From IMG/VR virus record IMGVR_UViG_3300008120_000127: a DNA stretch of 64,000 nt; one strand, 5' to 3'. A program made the translations under genes and the position numbers. Under the pieces are notes generated by a model. That model was given only the letters and a program-made list of their open reading frames with translations. It made no database searches and was not told the DNA's origin. This stretch comes from an uncultured virus (IMG/VR IMGVR_UViG_3300008120_000127) (Duplodnaviria > Heunggongvirae > Uroviricota > Caudoviricetes). Positions within the stretch are counted from its first letter, which is position 1, and the number at the start of each line of letters is the position of its first letter. Shown here piece after piece: positions 1-10,516 of this stretch.

Positions 1-998
1 GTAGCTTCTAATGGCTCAACAAAAGAAGCCGCTAACCCCACTGCAATGCAATTATTTTTCCATGTTTCTTTAAAATATCCTGCCTTAAAATTAATCACTT
101 TTGCTGGCACAACTTCAAAGCCATGCACTTCAGAAGCTTCAGCTATAGCTTGGTCTACGGTACAGAAATCAGACGAAAATACATATCCGTTTCCACGTCT
201 TTTTTGAGTGGGTATTTCCCACATCCAACCATTCTTAAGAGCTCTAGCCCTTGTGTATGGTCTTATTTGACCAGAAGGGTCCGATTCAGTTGGAAACGCA
301 ATTGCCGTATTACACGGTAAATACTTTCTATAATCTATGAATGTTTGATCGCCTATCTTGCTTAAGAGCTGCCTATGGAATCCTGTTGCATCAATAAAAA
401 AATCAGCTGCAATATCTTTTTTTAATTCAGAAAGAAAAACCGATTCTATAAATCCGTCTTCATCTACTTGAACGTTTGTCACTTCATCATCTATAAACAA
501 AATACCTTTATTTTTTGATACTTCTACCAAATATTTATTTAACTTAAAAGTATCAAAATGGTACTGGTTTGTTCCATAATGTGTTTTGTCACCCTGATCA
601 ATTATTTTATTTTCTATTAATCCGCGCCAAGAATATGTGTTTGTTAACAAACGATTATTCTCTAGGGCTGTAGCATACCCTGCCCAAAAGCCACCAATGG
701 TTAACCCAATTTCTCCTACACTATGGAAATAATCTGGAGTATGATTGGTCCAGTTTTCATAACGTATCCCATATTTATGAGTGATGTCTGCGTTCTTGAT
801 CATATCATGGACGTCTATGCCGACCATCTCCTGAAACAAGCGCCAATGTTCCGTAGAACCTTCGCCAACACCAACTATCCCCATCTTGCTGGATGATATT
901 ATTGTTACATCATAATTTTTAAAATAACTTTTAATTGTTAATCCAGTAACAAGTCCCGCTGTTCCAGATCCAACAATAACTATTTTTTTTTGATTCAT
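1..998 (-). CDS. Flavin-dependent (tryptophan halogenase family) halogenase, 3' end outside the window
   Basis: Not in the ORF track. Manual translation from ATG 998 gives MNQKKIVIVGSGTAG (FAD GxGxxG), GVGEGST, THKYGIRYENW (catalytic-Lys position), GWMWEIP (WxWxIP) and FVEPLEAT. Start overlaps the upstream stop (ATGA). Confidence 0.9.
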   Translation of the reverse strand, partial: MNQKKIVIVGSGTAGLVTGLTIKSYFKNYDVTIISSSKMGIVGVGEGSTEHWRLFQEMVGIDVHDMIKNADITHKYGIRYENWTNHTPDYFHSVGEIGLTIGGFWAGYATALENNRLLTNTYSWRGLIENKIIDQGDKTHYGTNQYHFDTFKLNKYLVEVSKNKGILFIDDEVTNVQVDEDGFIESVFLSELKKDIAADFFIDATGFHRQLLSKIGDQTFIDYRKYLPCNTAIAFPTESDPSGQIRPYTRARALKNGWMWEIPTQKRRGNGYVFSSDFCTVDQAIAEASEVHGFEVVPAKVINFKAGYFKETWKNNCIAVGLAASFVEPLEA

Positions 999-1690
999 TT
1001 TTTAACCACTAAGGTAAAACCGGTTGCTACTGGAATATGAAACACATGTTTATCTTCGTCTTGCGTTAAACGTGACAAGTATTCGAAGTAAGGATGCTGA
1101 TTTTTGGATGAATAAAGAAATCCAAAATCATTTACTGTATTTAAAATTAAAAGTGCACCGCTAGATAGTTTTTCCCAAATATTATCTACGATATTAAAAT
1201 CATGACTAACTAATTCTGTATCTAAAAATACAGTATCGTAATCTAGATCTATGTTACCCTGTTCTATGTCTTGCATAGATATGACATTAGATTCATCAAT
1301 AGGTTCATTAATATAGTCTTCCATATATTTTAAGTTCATTATATTCGCATAGTCGACATTATCTACAATAGATTTAAGTGTAGAACCTAAAATATAATTC
1401 ATGCCTAAAAATAATAGTTTTGAAGAATTTTTTATTCTAATAATAATTTCTATCATCGACCGAGATAATATCTCTATATCCATAGCGGAACTTGATGGAT
1501 CACTTATTTGATCTAACCAATTTAACTGAACAGAATATCCAATAGCATTTCTACTTCTATCTACTCCAGTATTAATTTCATCTTGGATAATAATAGAATT
1601 ATTGTTGGCAATATCAATGGGATTAATATCTGATGACGTGGTGTGAGAAAGAATATTTGTCAATTTAAACAAATCATAATTATTAAGCAT
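995..1690 (-). CDS. Class I SAM methyltransferase-like protein (degenerate motif I)
   Basis: C-terminal YDTVFLD...WEKLSSGALLILN...HIPVATGFTLVVK resembles O-methyltransferase C-terminal motifs. Confidence 0.5.
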   Translation of the reverse strand: MLNNYDLFKLTNILSHTTSSDINPIDIANNNSIIIQDEINTGVDRSRNAIGYSVQLNWLDQISDPSSSAMDIEILSRSMIEIIIRIKNSSKLLFLGMNYILGSTLKSIVDNVDYANIMNLKYMEDYINEPIDESNVISMQDIEQGNIDLDYDTVFLDTELVSHDFNIVDNIWEKLSSGALLILNTVNDFGFLYSSKNQHPYFEYLSRLTQDEDKHVFHIPVATGFTLVVKK

Positions 1691-1952
1691 TATTTATTCT
1701 CCAATTTAAAACACTATACATATACCAAAATCTTTTAAAGGAGGCCTGATATCTTCTTAATTCTGCATACTGAGCCGATGCAATTGGGGAATCTTGATTA
1801 TGTTCTGCGCTACCAAATGTATTAGCACATGCCTCCATTAAATCATTGAGAGTAACATCGGAAAGATTATTAATGTCAACCCCAACAACGGATGCCATTG
1901 TTAGCAATGTGTTGCTAACGTAATCAAAATCATTTTGTAAATTATATCCCAT
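1683..1952 (-). CDS. Hypothetical protein
   Basis: Track ORF 1683..1988; in-frame ATG at 1952 (MGYNLQ) is a more likely start. Confidence 0.6.
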   Translation of the reverse strand: MGYNLQNDFDYVSNTLLTMASVVGVDINNLSDVTLNDLMEACANTFGSAEHNQDSPIASAQYAELRRYQASFKRFWYMYSVLNWRINNA

Positions 1953-2100
1953 CTTCTTCATTCTCCAGGTTAAATATAAAAGAAGCATCTAACATAGTGC
2001 AGTTAATAATTTCATTATCAGTTATGTATCTACCAGATGTATGATCAAAGTTGGTTTCTGGAAAAGATTCAATATTTGGATATTCGTCTTCTGGATTCAT
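1942..2100 (-). CDS. Small acidic hypothetical protein (52 aa)
   Basis: Manual translation MNPEDEYPNIESFPETNFDH...ENEEDGI. ATGA overlap with the oxygenase stop; fills the gap between genes. Confidence 0.6.
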   Translation of the reverse strand: MNPEDEYPNIESFPETNFDHTSGRYITDNEIINCTMLDASFIFNLENEEDGI

Positions 2101-2687
2101 CTAAACCACGTCACTAAAGAGTATTTAATTGAATTGTCGCTTTTACCAACAGGTTCAGCTATATGGGTATACGGAAAGTTGGAAGGAAATAGTATTACAC
2201 TTCCGGCTTTTGGTTTTATTGATACGTTAAATTTTGGAAAGACTAAATTACCACCCGTATAATTATCATTAAGAAATGCAACTAGGCTTAAACTTCTTTC
2301 GTTTGTCCTAAAATGATCATGGTGAGCTTTATATTCTGCGCCACCATTGTATTTGAGCACTCTATAGCCCTCATCAGCTTCTAGGTCTAATTCAAAATTA
2401 TTTCTATAATCCCAAACAATTGGGTCTATTTTGGACCACAAATTTCTCCACTCTTCAACAAGAGGCTTGACTCTATCAACTTCAATGTTATCTACACTTA
2501 GAGGAGAAAGTTCGCAGCCAAAAGATGTACGCATATCTGAGACTTCACCAGTGCCGACAGTTGAACGTTGCCAGCTTAGATAGCCCCATGATTCATTGCA
2601 CTCAGATTCTAATAATTCTAAAAACTTTTCTGCTTTAAAAATATTATCATACTGAACAATGCACGGAGCGTGCTCAACAAATTTCAT
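2097..2687 (-). CDS. 2OG-Fe(II) oxygenase, prolyl-4-hydroxylase-like
   Basis: Y..HHD (HxD), LNDNYTGGNL.F, FPSNFPYTH.AEPV and KYSLVTWF. Confidence 0.9.
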   Translation of the reverse strand: MKFVEHAPCIVQYDNIFKAEKFLELLESECNESWGYLSWQRSTVGTGEVSDMRTSFGCELSPLSVDNIEVDRVKPLVEEWRNLWSKIDPIVWDYRNNFELDLEADEGYRVLKYNGGAEYKAHHDHFRTNERSLSLVAFLNDNYTGGNLVFPKFNVSIKPKAGSVILFPSNFPYTHIAEPVGKSDNSIKYSLVTWFR

Positions 2688-2688
2688 A

Positions 2689-2937
2689 TCAAACCGTAAT
2701 TCCAGACTTAATTAATTCAGTTTTATTAATTAGATCTAATGTTTGAGATACTTGTATTCTATAATGTGCATTTTCCTCTGAAATATCTGTTTCAGGATCA
2801 AATGCAGCCATATCTAATTCTTCTGGAATTAAACCAGCGTCTATTAGAATCATCCATAGTTGCTCTTTAAGAGAGGATATTCTTAAAGTAAGAATTTGGA
2901 TTTTGCGTTCATTTGTAATTGAATTAAAAAATGTCAT
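2689..2937 (-). CDS. Hypothetical protein
   Basis: ORF track; AGGAG Shine-Dalgarno upstream. Confidence 0.65.
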   Translation of the reverse strand: MTFFNSITNERKIQILTLRISSLKEQLWMILIDAGLIPEELDMAAFDPETDISEENAHYRIQVSQTLDLINKTELIKSGITV

Positions 2938-2959
2938 TTTTACTCCTTGTTTTCCTTAT

Positions 2960-2968
2960 ATTATACCA
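2960..2968 (-). promoter_or_regulatory. Extended -10 promoter (TGGTATAAT) ahead of the oxygenase/MTase/halogenase group
   Basis: Intergenic TGnTATAAT about 22 nt upstream of the ATG at 2937. Confidence 0.6.
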
Positions 2969-2976
2969 TATTTGTG

Positions 2977-4767
2977 TTAAATATCTATTATTTTTGAATA
3001 ATTTGAATGGCCTATTTGTGGTGAAACATTTCCAGGATTTCTTGTAACCACAATTATTCCACCTGTACTACCTTGATTTCCTGGATTTCCTGCATTGGCA
3101 GCACCTGCTGCTCCAGCTGCTCCACCAGTACCACCACTAAAGTTAACATTTGTAGCGTTATGACTTGGGGCACTAGTTCTATTACTGGTTACAGCTCCTG
3201 TTATTACATTAACGGTAGCAGCACTGTGGGGATGACTACCAGCGTTGTGGCCAGAAGGATGAGGTGTGCCACTATGGGGAGATGGCCCTGTACTACCAGC
3301 AGGGTGCGGATGTGATCCAGCAGGGTGTGGATGATGCCCTGCGTGGTGGTGCTGGACGCCATTGTGGCCAGAGTTTAATCCAACGCTAGGAATGTTAGTA
3401 TGCGGAGCATTTGTAGCGGGGTGCGATGCAGCAGCGACATGGTGGTGACCATGTCCTGCATTCGTGTAAACGTGTCCATTGTGGTGAGAAGCTGGGTTAT
3501 TAGGAAATGATCCTGATGGATGAGAATATGGATGATTGCCAGCGTTATGATTGCCAGCGTGATGGCCATGACCAGAATTAATTGTTGAGTTTTTGTTTAC
3601 CGTTCCATTATGGTTGCTGAAGCCAATTGAGTTAACACTAATTCCTGATGCATGGGAGCCATGAGATGCATTTGAGTTTCCATTATGACCAGAAACTCTA
3701 TGTCCATTAACACCATGGGGATGACTGCCGTGACCAGAGTTATGAGCGGAACCACCATTATGACCTAAAACATATGTTACATATGGGGCAGATCGATGTG
3801 TTACGGCATTGTGCCCATGGGGCGCGTGGATATGTGTGTTCGATGCATTATGGTGCCCGGTTGCGGTATGAAGAACCGCATTATGAGGGTTAGCATGAGG
3901 GCCGCCATCTGGATGCGGATGCGCTCCAGATGGATGGGGGTGTGATCCAGCATTATGCCCAGAAGGGTGTGGAGTACCAGAAGTTGGATTAACAATAGTA
4001 CCACCAGCATTATGTGGAAAGTTACCAGAATTATGATATCCAGTTATATTTGGTGCGGGGTTTCCAGCTGAACCGGGATTACCTTGGGTTGCTGGATTGC
4101 CTGCGCCGCCTGCATAACCATAACTAACTATTGTTCCAGATCCAGCTATAGTTTTTGCAATAATTATTACCAGCCCTCCACCAGGCCCGCCAACTCCGCC
4201 CGTTCCAGCAGTAGCAGCATTTCCCGCAGTGCCAGCATTTCCGGCACCACCAGCTTGACCAACAGTTGCTCCGATAAAGTTACCAGCGTTCCCAGCAAAT
4301 GGTCCTGTTGCTGCTGTAACGTTTCCCGATGTACCGGAAGTGCCAAGAGAACCGCCACCAATTTTTGTTATTGTTCCAGCGCTTGTTATAAGCCAGCCAG
4401 AAATTGAATCGTCTAAATCATGCAGGACTGTGGGATCAATTGTTGTATTACTTGTGCCCCAGGCGCTTGCTGGGTTTAATGCGTTCTGTCTACCAGATAC
4501 TGTGCCTGATCCATCGGAAATATTTGACAAAGTTGCCGCGGGCATACCTAAGGTGCCATTATTTGTAAGTGTTCCGTTAACAAATATACGAAATCCATTC
4601 GTAAATAATGTTGCTCCAGAATCAACTGTTAAATTAGTGTAATACATATCTTTAGTTAAATATGTAGTTCCACTAGTTATGGTTACATCACCGTCTGTTC
4701 CTTCGCCAAAAATAGAATCATCACGTTGAGTTTTAGTTTGATTAAGTCTACGAATACGGTTACTCAT
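2977..4767 (-). CDS. Gly-rich putative virion/fibre protein with a central His-rich insert of about 300 aa
   Basis: N-terminus (IFGEGTDGDVT...DMYYTNLTV...GFRIFV) is paralogous to 4770..5546. About 58 His lie in 3160..4040. Confidence 0.7.
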   Translation of the reverse strand: MSNRIRRLNQTKTQRDDSIFGEGTDGDVTITSGTTYLTKDMYYTNLTVDSGATLFTNGFRIFVNGTLTNNGTLGMPAATLSNISDGSGTVSGRQNALNPASAWGTSNTTIDPTVLHDLDDSISGWLITSAGTITKIGGGSLGTSGTSGNVTAATGPFAGNAGNFIGATVGQAGGAGNAGTAGNAATAGTGGVGGPGGGLVIIIAKTIAGSGTIVSYGYAGGAGNPATQGNPGSAGNPAPNITGYHNSGNFPHNAGGTIVNPTSGTPHPSGHNAGSHPHPSGAHPHPDGGPHANPHNAVLHTATGHHNASNTHIHAPHGHNAVTHRSAPYVTYVLGHNGGSAHNSGHGSHPHGVNGHRVSGHNGNSNASHGSHASGISVNSIGFSNHNGTVNKNSTINSGHGHHAGNHNAGNHPYSHPSGSFPNNPASHHNGHVYTNAGHGHHHVAAASHPATNAPHTNIPSVGLNSGHNGVQHHHAGHHPHPAGSHPHPAGSTGPSPHSGTPHPSGHNAGSHPHSAATVNVITGAVTSNRTSAPSHNATNVNFSGGTGGAAGAAGAANAGNPGNQGSTGGIIVVTRNPGNVSPQIGHSNYSKIIDI

Positions 4768-4769
4768 AA

Positions 4770-5546
4770 TTAAGCTACCTGACAATAAATAACATTTCCG
4801 GCAGCGCAGCTGGTTCCACCAGTAACGTCAGTTGTTATTCCACTATTTAAAGCTGCGGATGAAGATATGACAATAATTGCTCCGCCACCACCGCCACCAG
4901 AACCGCTTGTACCTGGTGCCTTAATATAACCAGTGCCACTTGAAACAGTGATAAATCTTGCTGCGAGTATTACAACGCCACCACCAGCTCCAGAAACGCC
5001 ACCAGCTCCACCACGCAAAAAGGTTGGAGTAGTTGAGGACCCTGTTATGGAGTAGCCTCGGACAGCTTGGAACGACTGCTTATAATAATCAGTGCCACCA
5101 GTTGCAGCTGTCGGTGCAGTTGCAGTTTGAGTAGCGCTAGAACCACCAAGACTATGGGTGACAGCAGTATTGTTTGCGCCCCCTTGCTGAATTGATCCGG
5201 CAGTAGAAAAGCCTGTTGTGAAACCTATAGTAGAACCACTACCAAAAGTTAAACTATTTTGTACAAATATTCTATATCCAGCTGGATTTAAACGAACGTT
5301 TGCTGACAAAGTTAAATTATAGCAATATATATCCCTTGTCATAGTGTATACTGAAGTTGATGGGGCCATTGATAAGACGGTACTTGAACCATCAAAGGTA
5401 ACAGAACCATCGGCTCCTGATCCGTATATTTGATCAGCAACGTCAACTAGGTTACCCAATGTTAGTAAATCAGAGTATGTAGACGAAGTGCCACCAACAA
5501 AACTCACACCAGTTGTAGTATTGTTAACTCTAATAAACTTTCCCAT
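4770..5546 (-). CDS. Gly-rich putative virion/fibre protein, paralog of the downstream gene without the His insert
   Basis: IYGSGADGSVT...DIYCYNLTL...GYRIFV and GGGVVILAA/GGGGGAIIVI glycine-rich strands. Confidence 0.7.
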   Translation of the reverse strand: MGKFIRVNNTTTGVSFVGGTSSTYSDLLTLGNLVDVADQIYGSGADGSVTFDGSSTVLSMAPSTSVYTMTRDIYCYNLTLSANVRLNPAGYRIFVQNSLTFGSGSTIGFTTGFSTAGSIQQGGANNTAVTHSLGGSSATQTATAPTAATGGTDYYKQSFQAVRGYSITGSSTTPTFLRGGAGGVSGAGGGVVILAARFITVSSGTGYIKAPGTSGSGGGGGGAIIVISSSAALNSGITTDVTGGTSCAAGNVIYCQVA

Positions 5547-5551
5547 AATTA

Positions 5552-5926
5552 TCAGTATTCTTCATATCCATTGATCATATAATTAACCGTAGTAGTGCTA
5601 GCTTTACCTCTTATTTTATCAGAATAAGTATCACCAGCTGTATTATCAGAATTAGTTAAAACTAAGGATGTTGACAGTGTAACAGTTTCGTTTGCAGCAA
5701 GTGTTAATGAATTGATAAAAATATGATCGGTGCCTACCGTAACATTCTTAGGCTTTAACCAAAGCGTCACTGTTGCACTAGATGCTGCGGTATTACATAA
5801 TATAATCTCTTTAATAACAGCAGTTGTAGTATAACCAGTATTTCTTGGAACTGTATATAAATCTTCTGCGGTGTCTGCTACAGCAAAATTTTCTGGACCA
5901 GATAGCCTTTTCATTTGCAACGCCAT
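5552..5926 (-). CDS. Putative virion structural protein
   Basis: Beta-rich LYTVP...VIKEIILCN pattern; lies in the tail-fibre operon. Confidence 0.55.
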   Translation of the reverse strand: MALQMKRLSGPENFAVADTAEDLYTVPRNTGYTTTAVIKEIILCNTAASSATVTLWLKPKNVTVGTDHIFINSLTLAANETVTLSTSLVLTNSDNTAGDTYSDKIRGKASTTTVNYMINGYEEY

Positions 5927-6111
5927 TAGATGACCTCCATTATAAACCGACGATTATCGGCTATATCTCTACTAACTTGTTTAGAGTTTGTATTGTAATC
6001 AGACTGATTCGATGCATCCAGTGCATCCTGAGCGGTTTCTTCTGCTCCAGAAAAGTTTGCTGTCGTTTCCGTTTCAGTTGAACCATCATATGTGTATTTC
6101 ACACGTGGCAT
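5926..6111 (-). CDS. Hypothetical protein
   Basis: ORF track; TAATG coupling to the next gene. Confidence 0.6.
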   Translation of the reverse strand: MPRVKYTYDGSTETETTANFSGAEETAQDALDASNQSDYNTNSKQVSRDIADNRRFIMEVI

Positions 6112-6123
6112 TTTAATCTCCTA

Positions 6124-9100
6124 TTAGTTTGTATATCCATAAAGTTTCCATGTTCCAGAAAGATTGACAGTGCTTGCTCCTAATCTGAAATTGTTAAGCT
6201 GTATTCCATCATAAGACGATGCCGTTGTATGTTGAACAGTGGATGTATAGTTACCCCATGCCGACGCACAGTGCGCTGAAATAATTGTTCTATCTGCAAC
6301 AAATGGGCGAGATATATCCATAACAATATGAATATCCGAGTTAGATATTCCACCACATACTCCTATGCTTGAATTTTGCCCAGTATAATTGTCTGCGACT
6401 CCGCCAAATGTAAGTCCCTGCATAGCGTAGTAGTAAGCTGTTGCTGCTGCTGTGCCACCAGAAAGCATATTGATATAGAAGAGATAAAAGTCTCCGCTTG
6501 CTGCTTGCAAGTTTGTTAATACAAGACGATAATTATCATAAGTAGACGAAAATATTGACTGCAAGTTGACTACTGTTGCGCCAGAGAATGTGCCACTTGA
6601 CAAGTAAACAAGACCAATATCAGCTGTTGTAGCAACAGTTCCAGATTTATTTGGTAAAGTTAATGTTCTGTTTGCGGTCAACGTAGTTGGTATAAATTTT
6701 GTAGACAATGATCCAGTTCCGCCAGCACGACCGGCCAACTGAATACCATCTTGCGTGGATGCCACACGAATAACTTGAGTTCCAAGAACATCGAGCTCAA
6801 CAGATGGTGAAGAAGTGCCAACACCAACACGATTATTAGTTGCATCAACATAAAGAGTATTTGTATCAACCGTTAAGGCTGCTGCTGTTAGGCGTGTTCC
6901 GTCAAAGGTAAGGTTTGCGCTGCCAGCAGCTGCATTAGAACCATCTTTATAGACAACTTGATTAGCAGAACCAGCTACTGGACCAGTAGCACCTTGTGCT
7001 CCAGTTGCACCTTGGGGCCCTTGTGGACCTGTTGATCCTTGCGGTCCCATGTCTCCCTGGGGACCTGTAGCACCTTGAGGACCGGTAGCTCCTTGAGCGC
7101 CTGTAGCTCCTTGAGGGCCTGTGGCTCCTTGGGCACCCTGAGGACCGATATCACCTTGTGGGCCAGTGGCGCCTTGAGGGCCAGTGGCGCCTTGAGGGCC
7201 AGTAGCACCTTGAGCACCGGTAGCTCCTTGGGGGCCAGTAGCACCAGTTGAACCTTGAGGACCTGTGTCACCCTGTGGTCCCTGTGGTCCAGTTGAACCT
7301 TGGGGACCAGTATCGCCTTGGGCTCCTGTAGCACCTTGGGCACCAGTAGCACCTTGTGGACCAGTTGCACCCTGTGACCCCGTTTCACCTTGAGGTCCAA
7401 TAGAACCTTGTGGTCCCTGTGGACCCACGGAACCCTGTGGACCAACATCTCCTTGAGCGCCAGTAGCACCTTGGGCGCCTGTTGCGCCCTGAGGACCTGT
7501 GGCTCCCTGTGCCCCCTGTGGTCCGGTTGCACCCTGGGCACCTGTAGCACCTTGGGGCCCGACATCTCCTTGTGGGCCAGTTGCACCTTGGGGACCTGTG
7601 GCTCCTTGAGGACCAGTGGCTCCTTGAGGGCCAACAGATCCCTGAGGGCCCTGAGGTCCAGTGTCACCCTGAGGTCCTATTGGACCTTGAGCGCCTGTTG
7701 AACCTTGCGGTCCTGTATCTCCTTGGGCACCTGTGGCTCCCTGAGCTCCAGTAGCACCTTGTGACCCTTGCGCTCCAGTAGCACCTTGAGCGCCTGTAGC
7801 GCCCTGGGGTCCAGTTGCCCCCTGAGAACCCGTTGCACCTTGGGGCCCTTGAGGTCCAACTTGTGTATAGGTAACCTGAACAGCGGTAAATATAATAGAA
7901 GGAATTGCTGGTGCTGGAGAAACTGCTGGAAAATAATCAAGTGATATACCAGTATTTGTTGTTTGCCAAAACAACTCAATATAGTCATTAGCATTGAGGC
8001 TTAAGACCAGGTTAACTGTACCTATGGCTCTACCATCTGTTCCGCCATGGCTTTCAACAACGCTCCATCGGCTATCTGAGTCAGGAATATTAGAACCATT
8101 CTTCTTAAACCAGATATTTGCATCATGAATCTGACTATCACTGTTTGCCCATTGGACTGAGAAAGTCAAAGAATATACGCCAGCATAACCGAAATTAATT
8201 CTTGAATTATTAGAAAGTGTTACTCCAAAATTATTAGAATCATAATTATCATAAGTTATTGCATAAGCTGTATTTGCAGCTACTGCGGTTTGATCTTGAT
8301 TTGACCAAAATGAACCCCAGTATGCAATTGTTCCACCAGCACCTTGCGGTCCTTGAGCGCCTTGTGGACCAGCACCACCAACATTAACCCAGTTCATTCC
8401 GTCTGTTCCGATAATTATTGAATTGTCTGGATTCGTACCGATTGAGTTCATCATCCAAGATGTACCCGTATTTGCTGTTCCTAGTGAAACAAAAACATAG
8501 TCACCGTTTTGAACTTCTGTACCATCGGTATTGTCAAAGTCGGAGGTACGAGTTAGTCGCCAATATGTAGAGCCGTCGCCAACTGTTGTTACAACATAGA
8601 TACCGTTATGGATTTGGTTAATTTGGTTTTTAACGAGAACTCTGTCGTTGGCAACAACAGTACGTGAGTCAACAACAAGAGCACCAAATGTTGATGCTTG
8701 AAGATACGCGCCATCGCCAGTTCCGTTATTGTCATCAGCAGTACCAGCAGTATATGTAGGAGAGTTGGGAAGGGCTGCATTTGTAGCGGTTCTTACTGAT
8801 TCGTGTGAGTTAAGGTTTCCGACTGGGCCTTGTGGCCCTTGTGAACCCTGGACTCCTTGTGCGCCTTGAGAACCAGTAGCTCCTTGCGGTCCTTGGGCGC
8901 CTGTGGCACCCTGTGCACCTGTTGCACCTTGCGGGCCAGTATCTCCTTGTGGGCCCTGTGGCCCCTGAGGACCAGTAGAACCTTGGGGGCCAGTAGCACC
9001 TTGGGGGCCCGTTGCACCTTGAGCTCCCTGTGAGCCAACTGCACCTTGAGGACCCACATCTCCTTGTGGTCCAGTCGAACCCTGTGGTCCAGTGTCACCT

Positions 9101-10380
9101 TGTGCCCCCGTGGCTCCTTGGGCACCAGTAGCTCCCTGGGCACCAGTAGCTCCCTGAGGACCTATATCTCCTTGAGGACCTTGCGGTCCTTGGGCGCCTG
9201 TAGCTCCTTGGGCTCCCGTTGAGCCTTGTGCTCCGGTAGCCCCCTGTGGACCCTGAGCCCCTGTTGCTCCCTGAGGGCCAGTAGCGCCTTGAGGGCCAAC
9301 GTCACCCTGTGGACCATCTCCACCAACTGGACCCTGAGCGCCTTGTGCTCCAGTTGAACCCTGAGGTCCAGTGGCACCTTGGGGGCCAGTAGCGCCTTGT
9401 GGGCCTTGCGCGCCTGTGGCACCTTGAGCACCTTGGGGGCCAGTAGCCCCTTGTGAACCAACATCTCCCTGTGCACCTTGTGGTCCAGTTGCCCCCTGTG
9501 GACCAATATCACCCTGTGGTCCTTGTGCTCCAGTTGCCCCTTGTGCTCCCGTAGAACCTTGGGGGCCAGTTGCGCCTTGGGGTCCAGCGTCTCCTTGTGG
9601 ACCCGTAGCGCCTTGTGCTCCAGTTGAACCTTGGGGCCCAGTAGCTCCCTGTGCTCCTACTGCCCCTTGCGGGCCTTGAGATCCTGTTGCTCCTTGTGCA
9701 CCCTGTGGACCCACATCTCCCTGGGGACCGGTAGAACCTTGTGGCCCAGTAGAACCTTGGGGACCTGTGGCACCTTGGGGGCCAATGTCCCCCTGTGGCC
9801 CTTGTGAACCCTGGGAACCCGTAGCACCTTGGGGGCCTTGTGTACCCTGAGGGCCGGTAGCGCCTTGTGATCCAGTTGCACCTTGGGGGCCTTGGGCACC
9901 TTGGGGGCCCTGTACGCCAGCAAGAATGTCCGTACTGGCACCATTGCCTCCAGTACTTATGTCAATATAAAAACCCCTGGCTGTCCCCCCCTGCTCAAAA
10001 AAACGAAGCCTGTTTTGATAGACATCAATGGTAACACCACCAGTCAGAGTGGTATTTGTAACAGCTTTCTTTAGGAATATTTCACCACCCTCATCACCAG
10101 ATGAGTTGTTAGAAATAAGATAGCCTCCAGCAGTTACATTATTGGTAACTGATATAGAGGATGGTAAGCTAATTGCAAAAGAACCAGATGTTTCAGTTAC
10201 ATTTATTTGATCTGTTGTTCCAGTAATTGCAGTAATTAATTTAGAAGCAACGATAGTATTAGATGCGTTTTTATAAAATATTTTACCGTCTGCATAATTG
10301 ATTGCTACTTCACCATGAGTCAGAGCAGAGGGTACGGACGTAGAAGTACCTGAATTTTTTATAACAAGGGTATTGGCCAT
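6124..10380 (-). CDS. Collagen-like tail fibre protein
   Basis: Tail-fibre-type N-terminus ([18 protein letters not shown]). Two long Gly-X-Y tracts flank a [14 protein letters not shown] domain and a BclA/C1q-like beta domain ([10 protein letters not shown]); C-terminal globular domain. Confidence 0.9.
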   Translation of the reverse strand: MANTLVIKNSGTSTSVPSALTHGEVAINYADGKIFYKNASNTIVASKLITAITGTTDQINVTETSGSFAISLPSSISVTNNVTAGGYLISNNSSGDEGGEIFLKKAVTNTTLTGGVTIDVYQNRLRFFEQGGTARGFYIDISTGGNGASTDILAGVQGPQGAQGPQGATGSQGATGPQGTQGPQGATGSQGSQGPQGDIGPQGATGPQGSTGPQGSTGPQGDVGPQGAQGATGSQGPQGAVGAQGATGPQGSTGAQGATGPQGDAGPQGATGPQGSTGAQGATGAQGPQGDIGPQGATGPQGAQGDVGSQGATGPQGAQGATGAQGPQGATGPQGATGPQGSTGAQGAQGPVGGDGPQGDVGPQGATGPQGATGAQGPQGATGAQGSTGAQGATGAQGPQGPQGDIGPQGATGAQGATGAQGATGAQGDTGPQGSTGPQGDVGPQGAVGSQGAQGATGPQGATGPQGSTGPQGPQGPQGDTGPQGATGAQGATGAQGPQGATGSQGAQGVQGSQGPQGPVGNLNSHESVRTATNAALPNSPTYTAGTADDNNGTGDGAYLQASTFGALVVDSRTVVANDRVLVKNQINQIHNGIYVVTTVGDGSTYWRLTRTSDFDNTDGTEVQNGDYVFVSLGTANTGTSWMMNSIGTNPDNSIIIGTDGMNWVNVGGAGPQGAQGPQGAGGTIAYWGSFWSNQDQTAVAANTAYAITYDNYDSNNFGVTLSNNSRINFGYAGVYSLTFSVQWANSDSQIHDANIWFKKNGSNIPDSDSRWSVVESHGGTDGRAIGTVNLVLSLNANDYIELFWQTTNTGISLDYFPAVSPAPAIPSIIFTAVQVTYTQVGPQGPQGATGSQGATGPQGATGAQGATGAQGSQGATGAQGATGAQGDTGPQGSTGAQGPIGPQGDTGPQGPQGSVGPQGATGPQGATGPQGATGPQGDVGPQGATGAQGATGPQGAQGATGPQGATGAQGATGAQGDVGPQGSVGPQGPQGSIGPQGETGSQGATGPQGATGAQGATGAQGDTGPQGSTGPQGPQGDTGPQGSTGATGPQGATGAQGATGPQGATGPQGATGPQGDIGPQGAQGATGPQGATGAQGATGPQGATGPQGDMGPQGSTGPQGPQGATGAQGATGPVAGSANQVVYKDGSNAAAGSANLTFDGTRLTAAALTVDTNTLYVDATNNRVGVGTSSPSVELDVLGTQVIRVASTQDGIQLAGRAGGTGSLSTKFIPTTLTANRTLTLPNKSGTVATTADIGLVYLSSGTFSGATVVNLQSIFSSTYDNYRLVLTNLQAASGDFYLFYINMLSGGTAAATAYYYAMQGLTFGGVADNYTGQNSSIGVCGGISNSDIHIVMDISRPFVADRTIISAHCASAWGNYTSTVQHTTASSYDGIQLNNFRLGASTVNLSGTWKLYGYTN
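6972..7857 (-). repeat. Collagen Gly-X-Y tract 2 (about 98 triplets)
   Basis: [18 protein letters not shown] units with 18-nt periodicity. Confidence 0.9.
8818..9915 (-). repeat. Collagen Gly-X-Y tract 1 (about 120 triplets)
   Basis: Same hexapeptide units as tract 2. Confidence 0.9.
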
Positions 10381-10425
10381 TAAAAACCTCTATAAAAATA
10401 GATAAAGTAAGCGCTTTATAGAACA

Positions 10426-10432
10426 ATAGTAA
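10426..10432 (-). promoter_or_regulatory. TTACTAT putative late promoter for the tail-fibre operon
   Basis: Recurrent motif 46 nt upstream of the ATG at 10380. Confidence 0.6.
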
Positions 10433-10486
10433 CATATTTTTCAGCTTTGCGCTAGTTAAAGTCAATTTGATTCAAGGAGTTTAGTC

Positions 10487-10493
10487 TTACTAT
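10487..10493 (+). promoter_or_regulatory. TTACTAT putative late promoter, divergent copy
   Basis: The motif switches strand together with the gene it precedes. Confidence 0.6.
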
Positions 10494-10516
10494 TGCACAA
10501 GAGGATGGGAGTCTTT

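Noticed and set aside
2097..2687. Oxygenase as a TET/JBP 5mC dioxygenase or a collagen prolyl 4-hydroxylase
   Set aside because: Its motifs fit the generic phage P4H-like family rather than TET/JBP, it lies 40 kb from the MTase, and the collagen Pro is in the X position rather than the Y position used by P4H.
6678..10074. Many alternate-frame and antisense ORFs within the collagen gene
   Set aside because: Expected shadows of stop-poor, GC-rich Gly-X-Y repeats; no SD sequences or protein-like features.
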